From Podarcis bocagei (Eukaryota): a stretch of 64,000 nucleotides of DNA. The notes under the pieces are model-generated. The model had not been told where the DNA came from and ran no database searches. It saw nothing but the letters and a program-made list of their open reading frames with translations. A program made the translations under genes and the position numbers. Each line of letters begins with the position of its first letter. The first letter of the stretch is position 1. The stretch is from NCBI GenBank assembly GCA_964188305.1, contig OZ076896.1; one strand, 5' to 3'. Shown piece after piece: positions 36,646-50,264 of the stretch.

Positions 36646-38046
36646 GAATCACACTACATCGTGACTTATAATTGTAATGAAATATTACTCCTGGTGCATT
36701 GAAGGGAATTCCATAAAACTAGGCCCATGATACCCAGTGTAGGGCTCCTGGTGTATTCAACTCATGCTTTTAAGCCATAAGGGTGAACTGACAGTGACTC
36801 TCTCCAAGTCCTCCATGCAACCAGACAGGAATAAGTGTTGAAGTGCTGAACAAAAGTCTCCCCACCCCCTTTTACATTGACATTCAGAAAACACACGTAA
36901 AAAGTAAAATGGGTTGACTATTTTATACAGGAAATGATTTGCATTTAAACTTGCTCTACAGTATCATGCCAGCTTCACGTTTTTCTATTCGTTTTCTATT
37001 GTTTTTATCCTGCTTGGAATATTATCTCTGAAGCTTGAAACACAAATTAATTTTCCCACTATACTTATCTCAAGCTTTCCTCTTTTTTTAAAAAAGAAAA
37101 GAAAGAGGAAGGAACCAAAATATTACACTGATGTGCCATTTTAATAAGTCTGCATTTGAATATAATGATATCCTGATGGATGTTAGAGATGTAGTACTAC
37201 TACCCACCAGAGATTAATCTTTTGTAATAGAATACCTCGCAATTACATTTCAGCACTATTCCCAAATGATACAATGAAATGTTTATGAGAATGATTACCA
37301 TTTTTAACCAATAAGCTACAAAGTAAGGAGTGCCCCCCAATATTTTCATCTGAGTCTATGCTTCAATGAAACAGCCTTTCCTGTGGAGTGGATCACTAGA
37401 GGGAAAATGTTTATATCATTTCAACTGTAACTAAATCTAGCATGGGATTCCATTATGTTTCCTGTATTCATCTTCATAGTCATCAGAATTCCTGGTTATG
37501 AGAGTTCTCAGAGGGGATGGGTCTACGTCTTTCAAATGCCAGGTGGATTTCTAATGGGAAATCCTAAAAGTTTGCCCAAAAACACTGTACAGGGAAGTTT
37601 TTAATGCTTGGTGTTTTATCGTGTTTTTATAGTTTACAGGAAGCTACCCAGAGTGACTGGGGCAACTCAGTCAGATGGGCTCATATAAATAATAATATTG
37701 TTATTAAATTATTGTTATTGTAAGGAGTCTGACAACCAGATGGAGATGTTTTATGTGCAGCATGTCTGGCTTGCTGTCAGGTATAGGTATAGGTAGTCAG
37801 AAAGCAGAACTGCAGTATTTAGTTCAATTGTCAAGTGATAAAAGGAAACCAGAGTCTGACTGGGTTCCTCATAGTTTTATGCCTGCTAACAGCTGACGTT
37901 GCCTCTGGAATGGCACCCTGAAATGTTCTCGGGCTAGATTTGAAGTTTGATTCCTGTTGGGGCTTGGGATTTATATACCGCTGGATATTTAAAGCAGGTT
38001 TACATTAAAGCAAGCCTGGTGAGCCTCAATATATTGTTACACTTGA

Positions 38047-38966
38047 ATTGTGTGGCAAGGTCCCGAAGCCTCCCCACTGTTGGAATAAAGACACTAGACA
38101 CAAGTATTTTAGGTTAATGGGCTAAAAACAGCCACAACTTTATTGGTTACAGAATGTGAGTGGTATTGGCTTAGGCACTGGAACCAAACCGACTATATCT
38201 TACTCCTGCCTGCCTGCAGGAAGTCTCAGAAGGGTTAATCACCAGTAGGGGGAGCCCTGCCGATGCTCATAAACTAGGAACTTCCCCAGGGTTGTGCCAT
38301 GGCCCTAGCCCCCACCTGGACTTTGGACGGGGCCATCCCCCCCCCTAGATTCCTTTAACAGAATACCCTTGAAATAGCAGGGGTAGGTGATGGCCACTAC
38401 CTCCCCTCACCTCCAACCAAATACTCCAATGCCTAACCACCTTACAAAGTTGTGACTATTTGCTACAGGGTAGGCAAAAAACCAAGTGGCTGGTGCCAAT
38501 TTGCCAAGTGGAAAAAAATTCCTACCAGGCCCCTTAACGGCGACCAACCGAGGTCCATAGCAAGGTCAGATGATTAAGTGCCTAAACATGGGGAGGGAGA
38601 ACTGTGAGAGTGGGAAACAGAAGAAAAAGCCTGCATATGGCCAGAAGCAGGGAGGGTGTCGAAAGCCCAGGCCTGTGCAAAACAAGGCTTTGTTTGCTGG
38701 CACTGCTTCTCCAAAGGCCAAAGGCAGATTTATTGTCGATTCTGGAGCCACGAAGCACGTCTGTGGAAATCAACCCTGTTTATTTCCAGCCAGAAGCCGA
38801 AAGGGGTGATTGGTCGGCCTAGTGAGTGACGCAGCTGGGGACTCCCTATGACGCTGGGGCTAACCACGCCCCCCTCACACGGGTCGAGCTCATGACCGGC
38901 CCACAACGCCATTTCCCCAGGGAAGGGAAATGGCTCTCCCATCAGCTTCAATCAGCATGTCTGATT
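38047..38966 (-). mobile_element. solo A-spacer-B unit of a Ngaro-related family, carrying a copia fragment
   Basis: ATT core at both ends; minus-strand end ccacacAAT; ENE-like motif at 38448-38563; aataaagttgtggc. Confidence 0.7.
38597..38790 (+). pseudogene. Ty1/copia gag-protease junction fragment
   Basis: ...KALFA...GRFIVDSGATKHVCGNQPCLF matches the copia aspartic protease motif (W/F)IxDSGATxHxC. Confidence 0.7.
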
Positions 38967-38995
38967 GTCAGAAATGTTGAGAACTGCAGTTCAGC

Positions 38996-38999
<4 letters not shown>

Positions 39000-39052
<53 letters not shown>
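39000..39052. repeat. (TC)n(TG)n microsatellite
   Basis: Direct reading. Confidence 0.95.
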
Positions 39053-40294
39053 AAACAAGTTCCCCAATCCTGTAATAAATGCCAACCACTTTATTATTGG
39101 TAACATCAAAAGCTTCTACAACTGGTATCCATTTTCTACACTCCCATATTCAAGAAAATAGTTTTCTACCTGTATCCCATTAGGAAAACATCTTCATTTT
39201 TGAATCCATGTCCTGCTGTGTACTAGTGTTTTCAAATAACAAAATAGTATAGTGAAAATCAATATAGATCTCAGCTTGCAAGACTATTTGAGGGTGGTGG
39301 CTGCTGTTTTTAATGGTAGGATCATTCCTATAACTCTTCAAATATAATACAGCTATGTATCTCCTTTAGGAAATCGATACATTCTCAGCTTATGGTCAGC
39401 AAGATTCTCAAGACAGGATACAAATGCTTACAATTGCACTCCACACATTTCGTCTTCCCATGCCATTGTTTGTTGGAAAGTGATAGTAAAAAGCATTGTG
39501 ATGCTATGGTTAGTGTCACATACCTAGCTCTATTTAATTCAGTGGGACTTATTTCTGAGAAGAACAACTTTAAATGCCTTACTTTTATGAAGAAGGAAAA
39601 TCAGCCTTAAAGAGAAGAAACATTTGAAACTACGGACAGCATTGCCGGAAATTTCAAAGCCATGAAATATTTTTCTAGGATTGTAATCCTAGACACAAAC
39701 TTACTTCTGACCAGACATGGCATAGGATTTCACTGTAAATTACCTCCACAAATTTAGAAGAGAGATCCCTACTGATATTTTCATATAAAATATTATTTTT
39801 AATTTGGTTCATAGCTCCGATTTTTCAGACAAACCTAGAATTCTAATATTTAAGGCATGGTTCCTCAGGGATATTTGTTTCCCTTCCAGAGATTGTTCAT
39901 TCAGAAATAGTTTTGGTAGTCTGTGTTCTTGCATATAAATGGAAAGCAGCACCCAGGGCACTTATTTATTTCAAAAGTTGTTGACTTTCACAGCAAATCC
40001 TCACATAAAAAGCCTGTATACCCCCCCAACCCATAATGAAAAATATAAAACATTACCCATGCATGTCTACTTAGAAGCAAGCCCCATTGCATTCAGTAAG
40101 GCTTACTCCTAGGTATAACATTACAGTAGCCACAATACAGAGAACCACATATCTAAATCAAAAGTTTCAAAATCCTGAAACTTGATTTCTATATCAAACA
40201 TCTGTTTAAAAGCCAGTAAATTCAGAACCATATGCACTTTTCTAAGGAGAAAATTACACATATAGGTGCCTACCACTGAAAAGATTTGTAGCAA

Positions 40295-41230
40295 GGGGTT
40301 TGGGCTGGGTGTTCATAAGTATGTGGATGATACCCAGTTCTACCTCTCTTTCAAATCAGAACCAGTGTAGGTGGTGAAGGTCTTGTGTGAGTGTCTGGAG
40401 GTGGTTGGAGGATGGCGGATAACAGATTGAGGTTGAATCCTGACAAGACAGAAGTACTGTTTTCTGGGGACAGAAGGTGGGCGGATGTGGAGGATTACCT
40501 GGTCCTGAATGGGGTAACTGTGTCCCTGAAGGACCAGGTGTGCAGCATGGGAGTCATTTTGGACTCACAGCTGTCCATGGAGGCACAGGTCAAATCTGTG
40601 TCCAGGGCAGCTGTCTACCAGCTCCATGTGGTATGCAGGCTGAGACCTTACCTGCCTGCAGACTGTCTCGCTAGAGCGGTGCATGCTCTGGTTATCTCCC
40701 ACTTGGACTACTGCAATGCGCTCTACGTGGGGCTACCTTTGAAGGTGACTTGGAAACTACAACTAATCCAGTATGAGGCAGCTAGACTGTGACTGGGAGT
40801 GGCCGCCAAGACCACACAACACTGGTCCTGAAAGTCCTATATTGGCTTCCAGTATGTTTCCGAGCACAATTTAAAGTGTTGGTGCTGAACTTTAAAGCCC
40901 TAAATGGCCTCAGCCCAATATACCTGAAGGAGTGTCTCCACCCCCATCTTTCTGCCCGGACAATGAGGTCCAGCACCAAGGGCGAAAACGAGGCAGAGGG
41001 AGTTCTCAGTAGTGGCGCCCTCCCTGTGGAACGCCCTCCCACCAGATGTCAAAGAGAAAAATAACTACCAAACTTTTAGAAGACATCTGAAGGCAGCCCT
41101 TTTTAGGGAAGCTTTTAATGTTTAATAGGTTATTGTATTTTAGTGTTCTGTTGGAAGCCGCCCAGAGTGGCTGGGGAAACCCAGCCAGATGGGCAGGGTA
41201 TAAATAATAAATTATTATTATTATTATTAT
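40295..41230 (+). mobile_element. L2-clade LINE 3' portion with (TTA)n tail
   Basis: YVDDTQFY, RLRLNPDKTE, SHLDYCNALYVGLP, LYWLPVCFRAQFKVLVL. Confidence 0.9.
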
Positions 41231-44200
41231 TACCTTGCCAGGACAAGGATTTCTTCTTGCACAATGGAATGTCCCCCCCCCCTTTCCTTGCAGGCATTCC
41301 ATACCCTCTAAAAATCTACTCTAGGTTGTTAGAAGAAACCCCAGAATGGTTTCAGGGGGTACATGGGAGAAGGAAAGGAGAGAAAGTTCCATTGCACAAA
41401 CAGAAACCTTTGTACATGTAGGACAAGCTAGTTGCACACCACCCAGTGAAAATGGGACTTAAAACAGTTAATTCAACTGTGTTTCATTGTACACAACTCA
41501 CTCTGGCAAAGGGGGAAACACAAAGAAAAATTAAACTAGCAATATAATTTTTTTAGGGTTTTTAAAAGATCCTTTTAACTAATGTTCTCCCCTTTTCGTC
41601 TTTTGTCTGGAAGGATAGTTGACATAATTATTTTATTTGTTCCGCCCACAGATAATGAAAATGGAATTGCCTTCCAGTCTCACAGTGGATGGCTGCAATG
41701 ATGGCTTGTTCAAAATAGGCCTCTGCTCTCTAAGATTACACTAATGTCAGAATTTCTTTATTCCTATTCTGCAAAAACCAGGGGTCAATGCATTAAATAG
41801 TGTAATGCATTATTTTGTAGATTGAACATCATCTTTTTTTTTCTTCTAGCGTAAAAACCAATTTAATGAGATAATTATCATTGACATTCATGTTTCATTT
41901 CCATAATTATTACAAGAATGGTGCCTAAGCATGTAAAGGAATTAACCTTGAGGAAGTAATTATTTGCCGAAGACTTCACAAAAACTTTTAAATACATGTA
42001 AAAAGAGCTCATCAAACAAGTTTCAACTCTGCAGTTGTTCCGTTAAGGGATCGTAGGATCTTTCTTGTGCCTTCAGCCCTCTAAGAGTGGAGTCCAGAAC
42101 TAGGGTGGGAAACTTGTTTCAGTCTGATCTTGGCATCTCAGCATCGTCCTGGACGCAGAGAAACAAATGTAAATTTTATCTTTGTACAGTAGGCGAATTC
42201 CAACATGCACTCACACAACGTTTTCGTTCTTCCATCCAAGCAACCAAGAGTTTGAAGTTCAAGGGCACCTTCAGGTTGATGTGAAGTAGGGTTTGTGAGT
42301 GGCGTGGATTGGGAATGAAGGGTGTGGCTGAATAGTGAGTATGGCCTGGGGAGATTCTTAAGGGCAAGAGCTGCGTGGCAAAATTTTGCCTCTGGGCCTG
42401 AAGTTTCCCACGCCTGGTACAGAGTTTGCTCCCACCAGTAAGGCATCCTTTGAGCATTGTTCTGCTCAGGAAATTGCCACTGGGCAAAGTGGAAAAGGTG
42501 ACCTCCCATACTATTCTAGAGTTTCCCCTGAAGCAGATTGTCAGGGAACATAGGGAGATGCAGTGAGAGGGAGGCATGGGCAGAAACTAGCTTCTTTCTT
42601 GGATTAGAAAGCTTCTATAAATAAAAAGTTCCCTTCCATTTTCAGGAGGCTAGTTCTAGACCCAGATCCAATAATTTATGCTTTTAACATGATGCGAAAA
42701 CTTTGCCTCATTAAGTGGACAGATGTGTTGTTATCTTTTTGCACTTTAAAGAAATATCAGGATTCAGAAGCTTAAAAATACCCTGATACACATGTGAGAA
42801 GTTTCCATTTTGAAAGGATCCCGAGGAGCTTCCAAAGTTGGAAGATCAAAGTTGTTCAGATCTCATTCAAGTTAGTTTGATAAGGCAAAGTGATCAAGTT
42901 CACATTTTCCTAAAAATGCTAAAGTATGCATGTATTAGTGAAAATAGCGCACAAAAAAGCAATACTTTAGGAGAAACCGCTTGGCAAAATGTGCATATTA
43001 GGTAGACTCGTTTATACAGATGTACATAGTAAGAGAAATTCACACAAATGGAGATGAATTTTCATGAGCACTTAAAAAAAGAAAAGAAACTGATGTAGAA
43101 ATGCGGGGAACTGAACTTAAGTTTGGAAGAATGAAAAACAGAGAGAAACCAACACTACCATATTCTCCGATCCCTGGTTACTGGGCTTTGCATAAACTGT
43201 TGCTTTGTGTGAATTGGAGATGTGGAGAGTGATTATGATGTAAATATTGGGTTGTAAGCAAATGATGAGACAGCAGAGTTCCGCTAGCACAATGGGGATT
43301 TCAATTCCTCCCCAAAATAAAATCTGTAATGATGGAGGTTGTTGTTGCTGTTGTTGTTGTTGACATCCCCTTAGCGTTAAGGACTTGTCTATTTAAGGAC
43401 TTGCCTTGAAGTCACAGAACCTGGACAACTCCTTCGACCTTTAGTTTCAGTTGTAGCAGAGGGTCTTAGAGGCTCTTCTGAATAAAGCTCTTTTGATAAA
43501 ACAGTTCCTCATTCTTGGTGCCTGTTCTTAGATCCAGAAACATTATGAAATCTGCTCCAGGTTCTTCTCCCAATCCCCTGGAGCTGATTTTGAGGGTGTT
43601 TGGGTAAAGTGGAGGGGACAGGAGAGAGAGAGGAAGCTCTGTTGTCCGTTGCACCATCAGAGCTACAATGTTGAATATAATGCTAAATTTAATTATTTTC
43701 TATTTAGACTATTGTTAATGTAAGTTTACAAAAATTCTGCCTTGGGCAGAGAGTGGGAGCAGTGAGTTAAACATATATTGCTCATTTGACAAGATTACAT
43801 ATTTTGAGGCAATGCTAAGCAACTTAGATAACAAGAATCACTGGGAAATGATGCATTGTTTGTAAATAAAAGGCCAGCAAGCTGAGGTTTCTTCTTCTTA
43901 GCTTTGTCTGGCAAATACCTTTAGATATCTTTAGAATACATACCAACACACTGTGTTTTATTATGCACATTTTTATATTATAATTTTATAACTCATGCCC
44001 ATCTCTTTAATGCTGAGCTATAAGGATTTACTTCCCTGACAGCTCAGATTTCTTTCCTTTTTGTGGCGATGGGGGGAATTGTTGGAAGTGGGCTAGAAAT
44101 AGACGTTGCCAATTATTTTTACTGTAAATATATTCTGACTTCACTGAGGACACATGCTGCAACTTTTTTAACAAGGAAAGAATAAATGTTCAAAATTCCA

Positions 44201-44887
44201 AAACAATACTTTGCAAAATAATGATATCCTAGTAAAGCACAATGTTTGAGAAATATCATTTCTGATCTACCCACCTCCTTGTAAATGAGTATTGGAATCA
44301 AGCAGCTGTTCAGACTTGAATTTCTGATTTCCACACCAGCTTTTATTTTGTTGTCTCAGTCTCCAAGTTGGATGTCACATTTTACATTTGGTCTGGCCCT
44401 CTCAAAAACTGATGAAGGAGGGAGTCAAGCTGGTGTTTGCACATGAAATGTAGGATTGTGCCCTGAATATGCACACTATTTTTCACAATCTCAGCACAAC
44501 CATTCTCTCAAACCTCGTAACATTGGAATGAAATTTAGCACATATTGTTAGAACATGGTTCTAGGTTCAGCTAATATCAGCTGAACCTGTCACCTGTTTA
44601 CACAGCATGGAGGGACAAGCAAAAGATATTGCGATGGGTTGAAGGGTTAGCTTCTTAAAATGAAACTTATTTCATTCATGGGAAGGGAACCGTTGAATCC
44701 AGCCTAGTATAATGCAGTGTTTGAAAGAAATGTAGGGTTGTATCCAGCACTGTAGTTCAGTAAACATAAGCATTTTCGTTTGTGTAATGGAACATCCCAT
44801 TCCTCTCTTCTCCTTTCCCTCTGTACCCCTGAACTCCCATGCCATCAAATGCTACTAACCCTTACTGCTTAGGTTTGTATGTTTTAT

Positions 44888-45210
44888 CATCATCAATCTT
44901 TATTACGGTCCAGAGACCCAACAAATCGTTACAAAGCAATGCACAATTCAGACAGCCTACCTCCAGGTTAAACAAGCATTTTGTTCAGACTTAAAGATAG
45001 GGATCATTGCTTCTTGCAACCACCAATAAAAACTTTGCCACTGCTAATGTTCTAGTGTTTGTTCGGTCTTCCAATAGGAACCTGACATGGTGAGCCTCTG
45101 ATTTTCCCGGGAAAGGTACCAGCAAGGGTAGTATCAGTTCATCCCTGGCTTGCTCATATTTCACACAGTGCAGCAAAATATGTTTCATAGAATCAATGTC
45201 TTGAGCACAC
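44888..45210 (-). mobile_element. short 3' end of a non-LTR retrotransposon with 12-bp TSD
   Basis: HILLHC zinc-knuckle tail ORF, AATAAA plus (GAT)n tail; TSD tgtatgttttat at 44876-44887 and 45211-45222. Confidence 0.75.
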
Positions 45211-46589
45211 TGTATGTTTTATGTTTGTCCAGTCCTCTTTTAAAACCATCAAAGCTGGTGGCCATCCCTACATACTTTGGTAGGGAATTCCAGAAGTTAA
45301 CTAAGTGAAGAAGGGCTTTTGTTTGTCCTGAATTTTCCAATATACAGCTTCACTGGGTTACCCTCAGTTCTAGAGTTAATGAGAACTCTGCTCCACTTCC
45401 TGTTTGCACCAGAGGAAATTGGGAACTTTCACTTCTAGTTTTAACATATTTGCACTTCCCCATGATGTCAGAACTCAGAGAACTGGGATTTCTTTAAATT
45501 GTGGTAAGTTGTTGTTATATATTTATTTATACCCAACCTTTCCATGATGGGACTGAAGGTGATATGTGAAAACTCAGGATCAAACCATGTTTACAGCTCT
45601 TGACTTGCTATGGGAACATCATTTAAACACCATCAACTGCCCCATGAAAAGAATCCTAGTTGTTGTTATTTAGGGTGTTAATGTTGTTTACTGTATTTTG
45701 AAAATATGCAGTTGAATGTTACTTGTAAGCGGCATCACCCGGAACTGTGGTTAGTTTCTTTTGAATTCCTCCTGCAGCACATGAAGGAGAGGGGGTGTAT
45801 GAACCATCAGCTGACTGCAGCTTGTTCACTTATCCAGAATCCGTGGTTTCCCATTACATCTGAGCAGGCCTTTCAAGTTGGAACTAAGTTTGAAGGAGCA
45901 CTGGTGGAAACCTCAGTGTTTAAAACACCAAGTTGCAAGTCATCTGCTGCATACAGAATATATGGTAAATAAAAGATGTGTTTTCACATGCAGATGGACT
46001 CAATTAATAGCCCTTATGTGCACAGAAATTCACTGAAAATTATAATTACAGTCTGTATTTGAAACATGTTGCTTGCCATTACTCCATTTCAAAGTCATAT
46101 AGGAAAATTTCCATTTACATTAATTAAAAAATAATCTTCTCCACAGTAAGCAAAGTGTTATGCACAGTTCCATTAGCAGGAAGATATTTATTTTGACAGT
46201 TCTGTAAAATATTTGAATCTTGCTTATCAATATAAATGGAGAGCAGCAGCCTTATATGTCAAATAATTCATTAGTCCAGAAGCGTGTAACAAACACCATT
46301 TATCAAAACAGCGTTGTGCAGGAAATAACCCATGCTGTGTGTGTTGAGATAACAGTTACACAATGTATATCTCTTTTTTAAAGAAATGTTATAGAAATGT
46401 GGACTGTATTCCTTTACATACACACACATATATATTAGTAACAAACACAAAGGGGTACATGTGTATGTTTAATAACATCTCAATTGTGCATTCGTTGATA
46501 AAAAGCAAGCTACATTTTATGTACTACACAGAAGCAAAAATATAAGAAAATTAAAGCTATCTGAGTACTGCAACACTGGTAGAACAAGA

Positions 46590-46926
46590 TGGCATTCAAA
46601 TGGTCAGTGCCAATCTGCCAAATGGAAAAATTCCTACCTGGCCCCTGTCCCAAGACAGGCAACCAACCAAAGTCCAAAGCAAGGCCAGAGGACATCTAAA
46701 ATAAAGGGCGGGTGTTCGGCAGCATGAAGCAGGTGCCTGACACATGTCACGCTGCCACTTTTATATCCCCCCACTATTACCCAACACAAAAGTGATTGGC
46801 CAAGAAGCTAGGGTGATCGTGGTGCCACCCTGGCATGACGGCATTACTCCACCCACACCTGGGGGGGGGGGAAGCGGCCTGGGGACCTGCCCACAACCAG
46901 GACCATCCTTAAAGATGATCCCACTT
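46590..46926 (-). mobile_element. 3'-truncated solo unit of a Ngaro-related family
   Basis: Minus strand: AAgtgg plus 5' hairpin, TATAAAA, cacccgccct, ccttgct...ggccaggtaggaatttttccatttggcagattggc, then truncated. Confidence 0.65.
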
Positions 46927-48617
46927 AGCAGAAGGAAGAACAGTTGGCTGTCATCCTGGTGTGGATACTTTGAACAATCTTTTTATGTTTAACTGACAGA
47001 CAGAACATTGGAAGTCCTTTTTACTTTACTTTACTTTACTTTACTTTGCTTTGCTTTGCTTTATTTTCTTTCTTTTCCTATTTCCTTTTTTATGTCCTCC
47101 ATTCTGAGTCACTATTGGGATTATACACACATGAAGCTGATGGTTGGTTGGTGAAGGACCCTGTGTGATAGGCTGGGAGAAGAAAGGGAATCTCCCAAGT
47201 GAGAGCTGAGAGGGTCCAGCCTTTTCTGTATGAGACAAGGGTTAATATCCACCTTTGAGAAAGCACTCAGCATTTCCTTTTCTCTTTCTCTTTTGTTTTT
47301 GTTTTCATTTAGATTAGATTGTTTTTTATTGTATTGTATTATGAAAAAAGCTTCAATTAAAAAAAATTACAAAAAGAAAATGAGGCTGGTTATCGCACAA
47401 TCCAGAGGCTTTGGGGAGCCAATAAAAACCTTTCTGGTAGCTGGTGGGTATGCTATGGCAGGAGTTTTTTCACTGCCATTGTTGTAGCAGTGGCACTTGT
47501 GGCAACAAAAACAATGCACTGGCTGGCAAGAGCTAGCCATGTCTTATGACTGCAATTTAATTCTCGCACGATGCCCCTGGGTCCTGAGAGTTGTTTCACA
47601 TTCACTGCCTATCAGTAATTATCAGCCTCCAGGACTGCTGTGGAGGCAAAATGGAGTCACCTGCATATGCTACCTTCATTTCGTTGGACAAAAGAGTTTA
47701 CTTGCGTTTTGAAGAAATTCTCTGGAGATTTGATCATCAAGCTATAGCTGCAAATTGATTTTGATAACTGCACATAACAAGGCTACATTATGTAGCCTTG
47801 TTAATGAGATTTTAATTCACCAATTCATCTTGTGAATGAGTGCAAGGAGTGGTAGTCAGCCATAATGCGTTGTTAGATACTGTACACTTATTAGCCAGCC
47901 CGTGGTTCATTGTTTATTCTATCCCAGTAGGAAAATCATTTTCCCCTCCCTCCGATTTCAGATACATGTTCTAATACTCAACCAGACAAAGATGAGTTAC
48001 AGTCTGATTTATTTAGTCCCCACCCCCACCCCCAGGAACATCACAAAGAACCGTACTGTTCATCCTCACAATGAAAACATCTGCTTTTCAGAGTCTTCCC
48101 CCATTCCTGTTATTCATACTGCAGGTCATTCCATGGTGACCCATGCTCTTGTAGTCTTTGTTTGATATGGGAGGCTACCTTTGAAGCTGCCTAGATACAG
48201 GAACTGATTCATTTGGCTGCTAACAGGGACTGGGCAATGGGAACACATATCACCAGTGTGGAAATAAGTCCATTTCCAAGTACAATTCAACCTTTCAAAC
48301 TTGACCTGGTTTGGTCTAACACTGATGGTAGATCCATTCCTTGATCCAGATCAGGATTTCAGAAGACTTTGACACCTTGGAACATATAATAGTCTGGCAG
48401 AGCAAGAGCAGTGCTGGAAGAAAGAACACCAGCCTACATGTAGCTATGTGTAAGGAAGGAACTCCTAAATAATCCGGAAGCTCAAGTTAGTCAATGGTTG
48501 TTGACAGGAGTGAGATCCTGCCAGCATATAACAACTCTGCTCAGAGTACTGAGTACTGGTTGCCAATTTGCTATCAGGCCAAGTTCAAGTTGTTGCTGTT
48601 AGTATATAAAGCCCTTA

Positions 48618-48965
48618 TCATAAGAGCATAATAAGAGACTGCTGGATCAGGCCAATGGCCCATCTAGTCATTCATACTGTTCTCATATTGTCCACTAGAT
48701 GCTTGTGGAACTTCTGCAAGTGGGACCTGCGTGAAAGGGCACTGTCCTCTCCTGTGGTTTCCAGGAACTGGTATTCAGAAGCATACTGTCATTGACTGGA
48801 GGCAGAGTCTAGCCATTGTGACACTGATAGCCTTAAACGCCATGAATTTGTCCAATCCTCCTTTAAAGCGATCCAAGCAATCCAAGTTTGTGGCCCTCAT
48901 TGTCTCTTGTGAGTTCCATAACTATGTGCTATGTGAAGAGGCACTTTCATTTATCTGTCCTGAAT
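48618..48965 (-). mobile_element. CR1 LINE 3' end
   Basis: catgaatttgtccaatcctcctttaaa (reverse strand encodes FKGGLDKFM) and the CR1 tail gctggatcaggccaatggcccatctag. Confidence 0.7.
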
Positions 48966-50264
48966 TTTTCATTTATAGAAATGTGCTTTCTCTCATTGTA
49001 GCTAGTGCTGATTTTAATATTATTTTCAACATGTGTAATATTGCTGTTGGCTTTTATGCCTCACCTGCTGCCCAGACAGGCAGGCAGCCAATGCCCTATT
49101 AGCCAGCAAGGTACACCCTCAAAGAGGAGGCATCTCATTGGCCAATTTGAAATGCAGGAGCTGGTAGGAACTGCAGCCAGCTGCCCAGATGGCCTGTGGA
49201 ATTCTCCAATGGTTGCCTGGCTGTGTGAGTTCCGCCTGCCTGGGGATGGCAACTGGGTGTGAGGATCTGCAACAGCCACCCACCCAAAATGGAAGGAGTG
49301 AACATCCAATTCAACATTTTTAATACCTGCTTTTAACTGTTTAGTAGTAGATAATTTTAATGTTTCATTTTATTTTGTAAACTGCTTAGAGAGGTAGGTT
49401 CTTTTTACAATCAAGTGGTATATAATTTTTGTTAAATACGTATATAAAAGGAAAGAAGGCTATACATCTACAGAAATGTAATCTGTTCCTAGATTCCTAT
49501 TTCTATTAGAGTCCCAGACCACTGTGCCCAACGTCTGGATCCTGCATACCTGAAGAAGAGCCCTGCTGATACATGTTGGGTCATCTTCAGAGGTCATATT
49601 ATGAGTGCCCTCATTATCTGAGAGGCAAATCAGATGGATGGATGGCAAATGGGAAGAGGGCTCTCAAAGCTATGGTGTCCCAGTTATGGCCTCTCTCTCC
49701 TATTTTAATTGCTGCTTTTATATTGTTGTTGATTTATTGCTGTTGATTTTGTTTCTGTCATTCATCCTGGAAATGGTTGTTGTTTTTGTTAAACTAAAGG
49801 GAAGGATGTAGGGAAGGATTTATTTCATATAACTGTTTTTCTTCTGTAGGTAGCCAGTTCTTTTTAATAATGTCCCTTATGCAGCACCTGTTGAGATGCA
49901 ATGTGATTTTGATGGCTTAAAATCAGTGAATGCTATACCACATTATCTACAATGCATCCATTATAAATATTCTATAAAACAAACTATTAAACCGTGACTG
50001 ATTCAGTTCATGGTGTTATAATGCCATGATTCAGTTCATGGTGTTATACACCACACATTAAATATAAAAAAAATCATGTCGTCTATGCACATAGAAAACC
50101 TTCCTCCTGATGGGCTAGTTGTCTTAGGGCTGACAATTTATTACACAGGGGAACATTTCAACCTGCAGTCTGAAGTAGTACAATCCCACATAATTATGTT
50201 GAATGTCCAAATTGAATCTGTTAATTCCTCTTCTTGAAGCCTACTATTAGGGATGTGCATTTGC

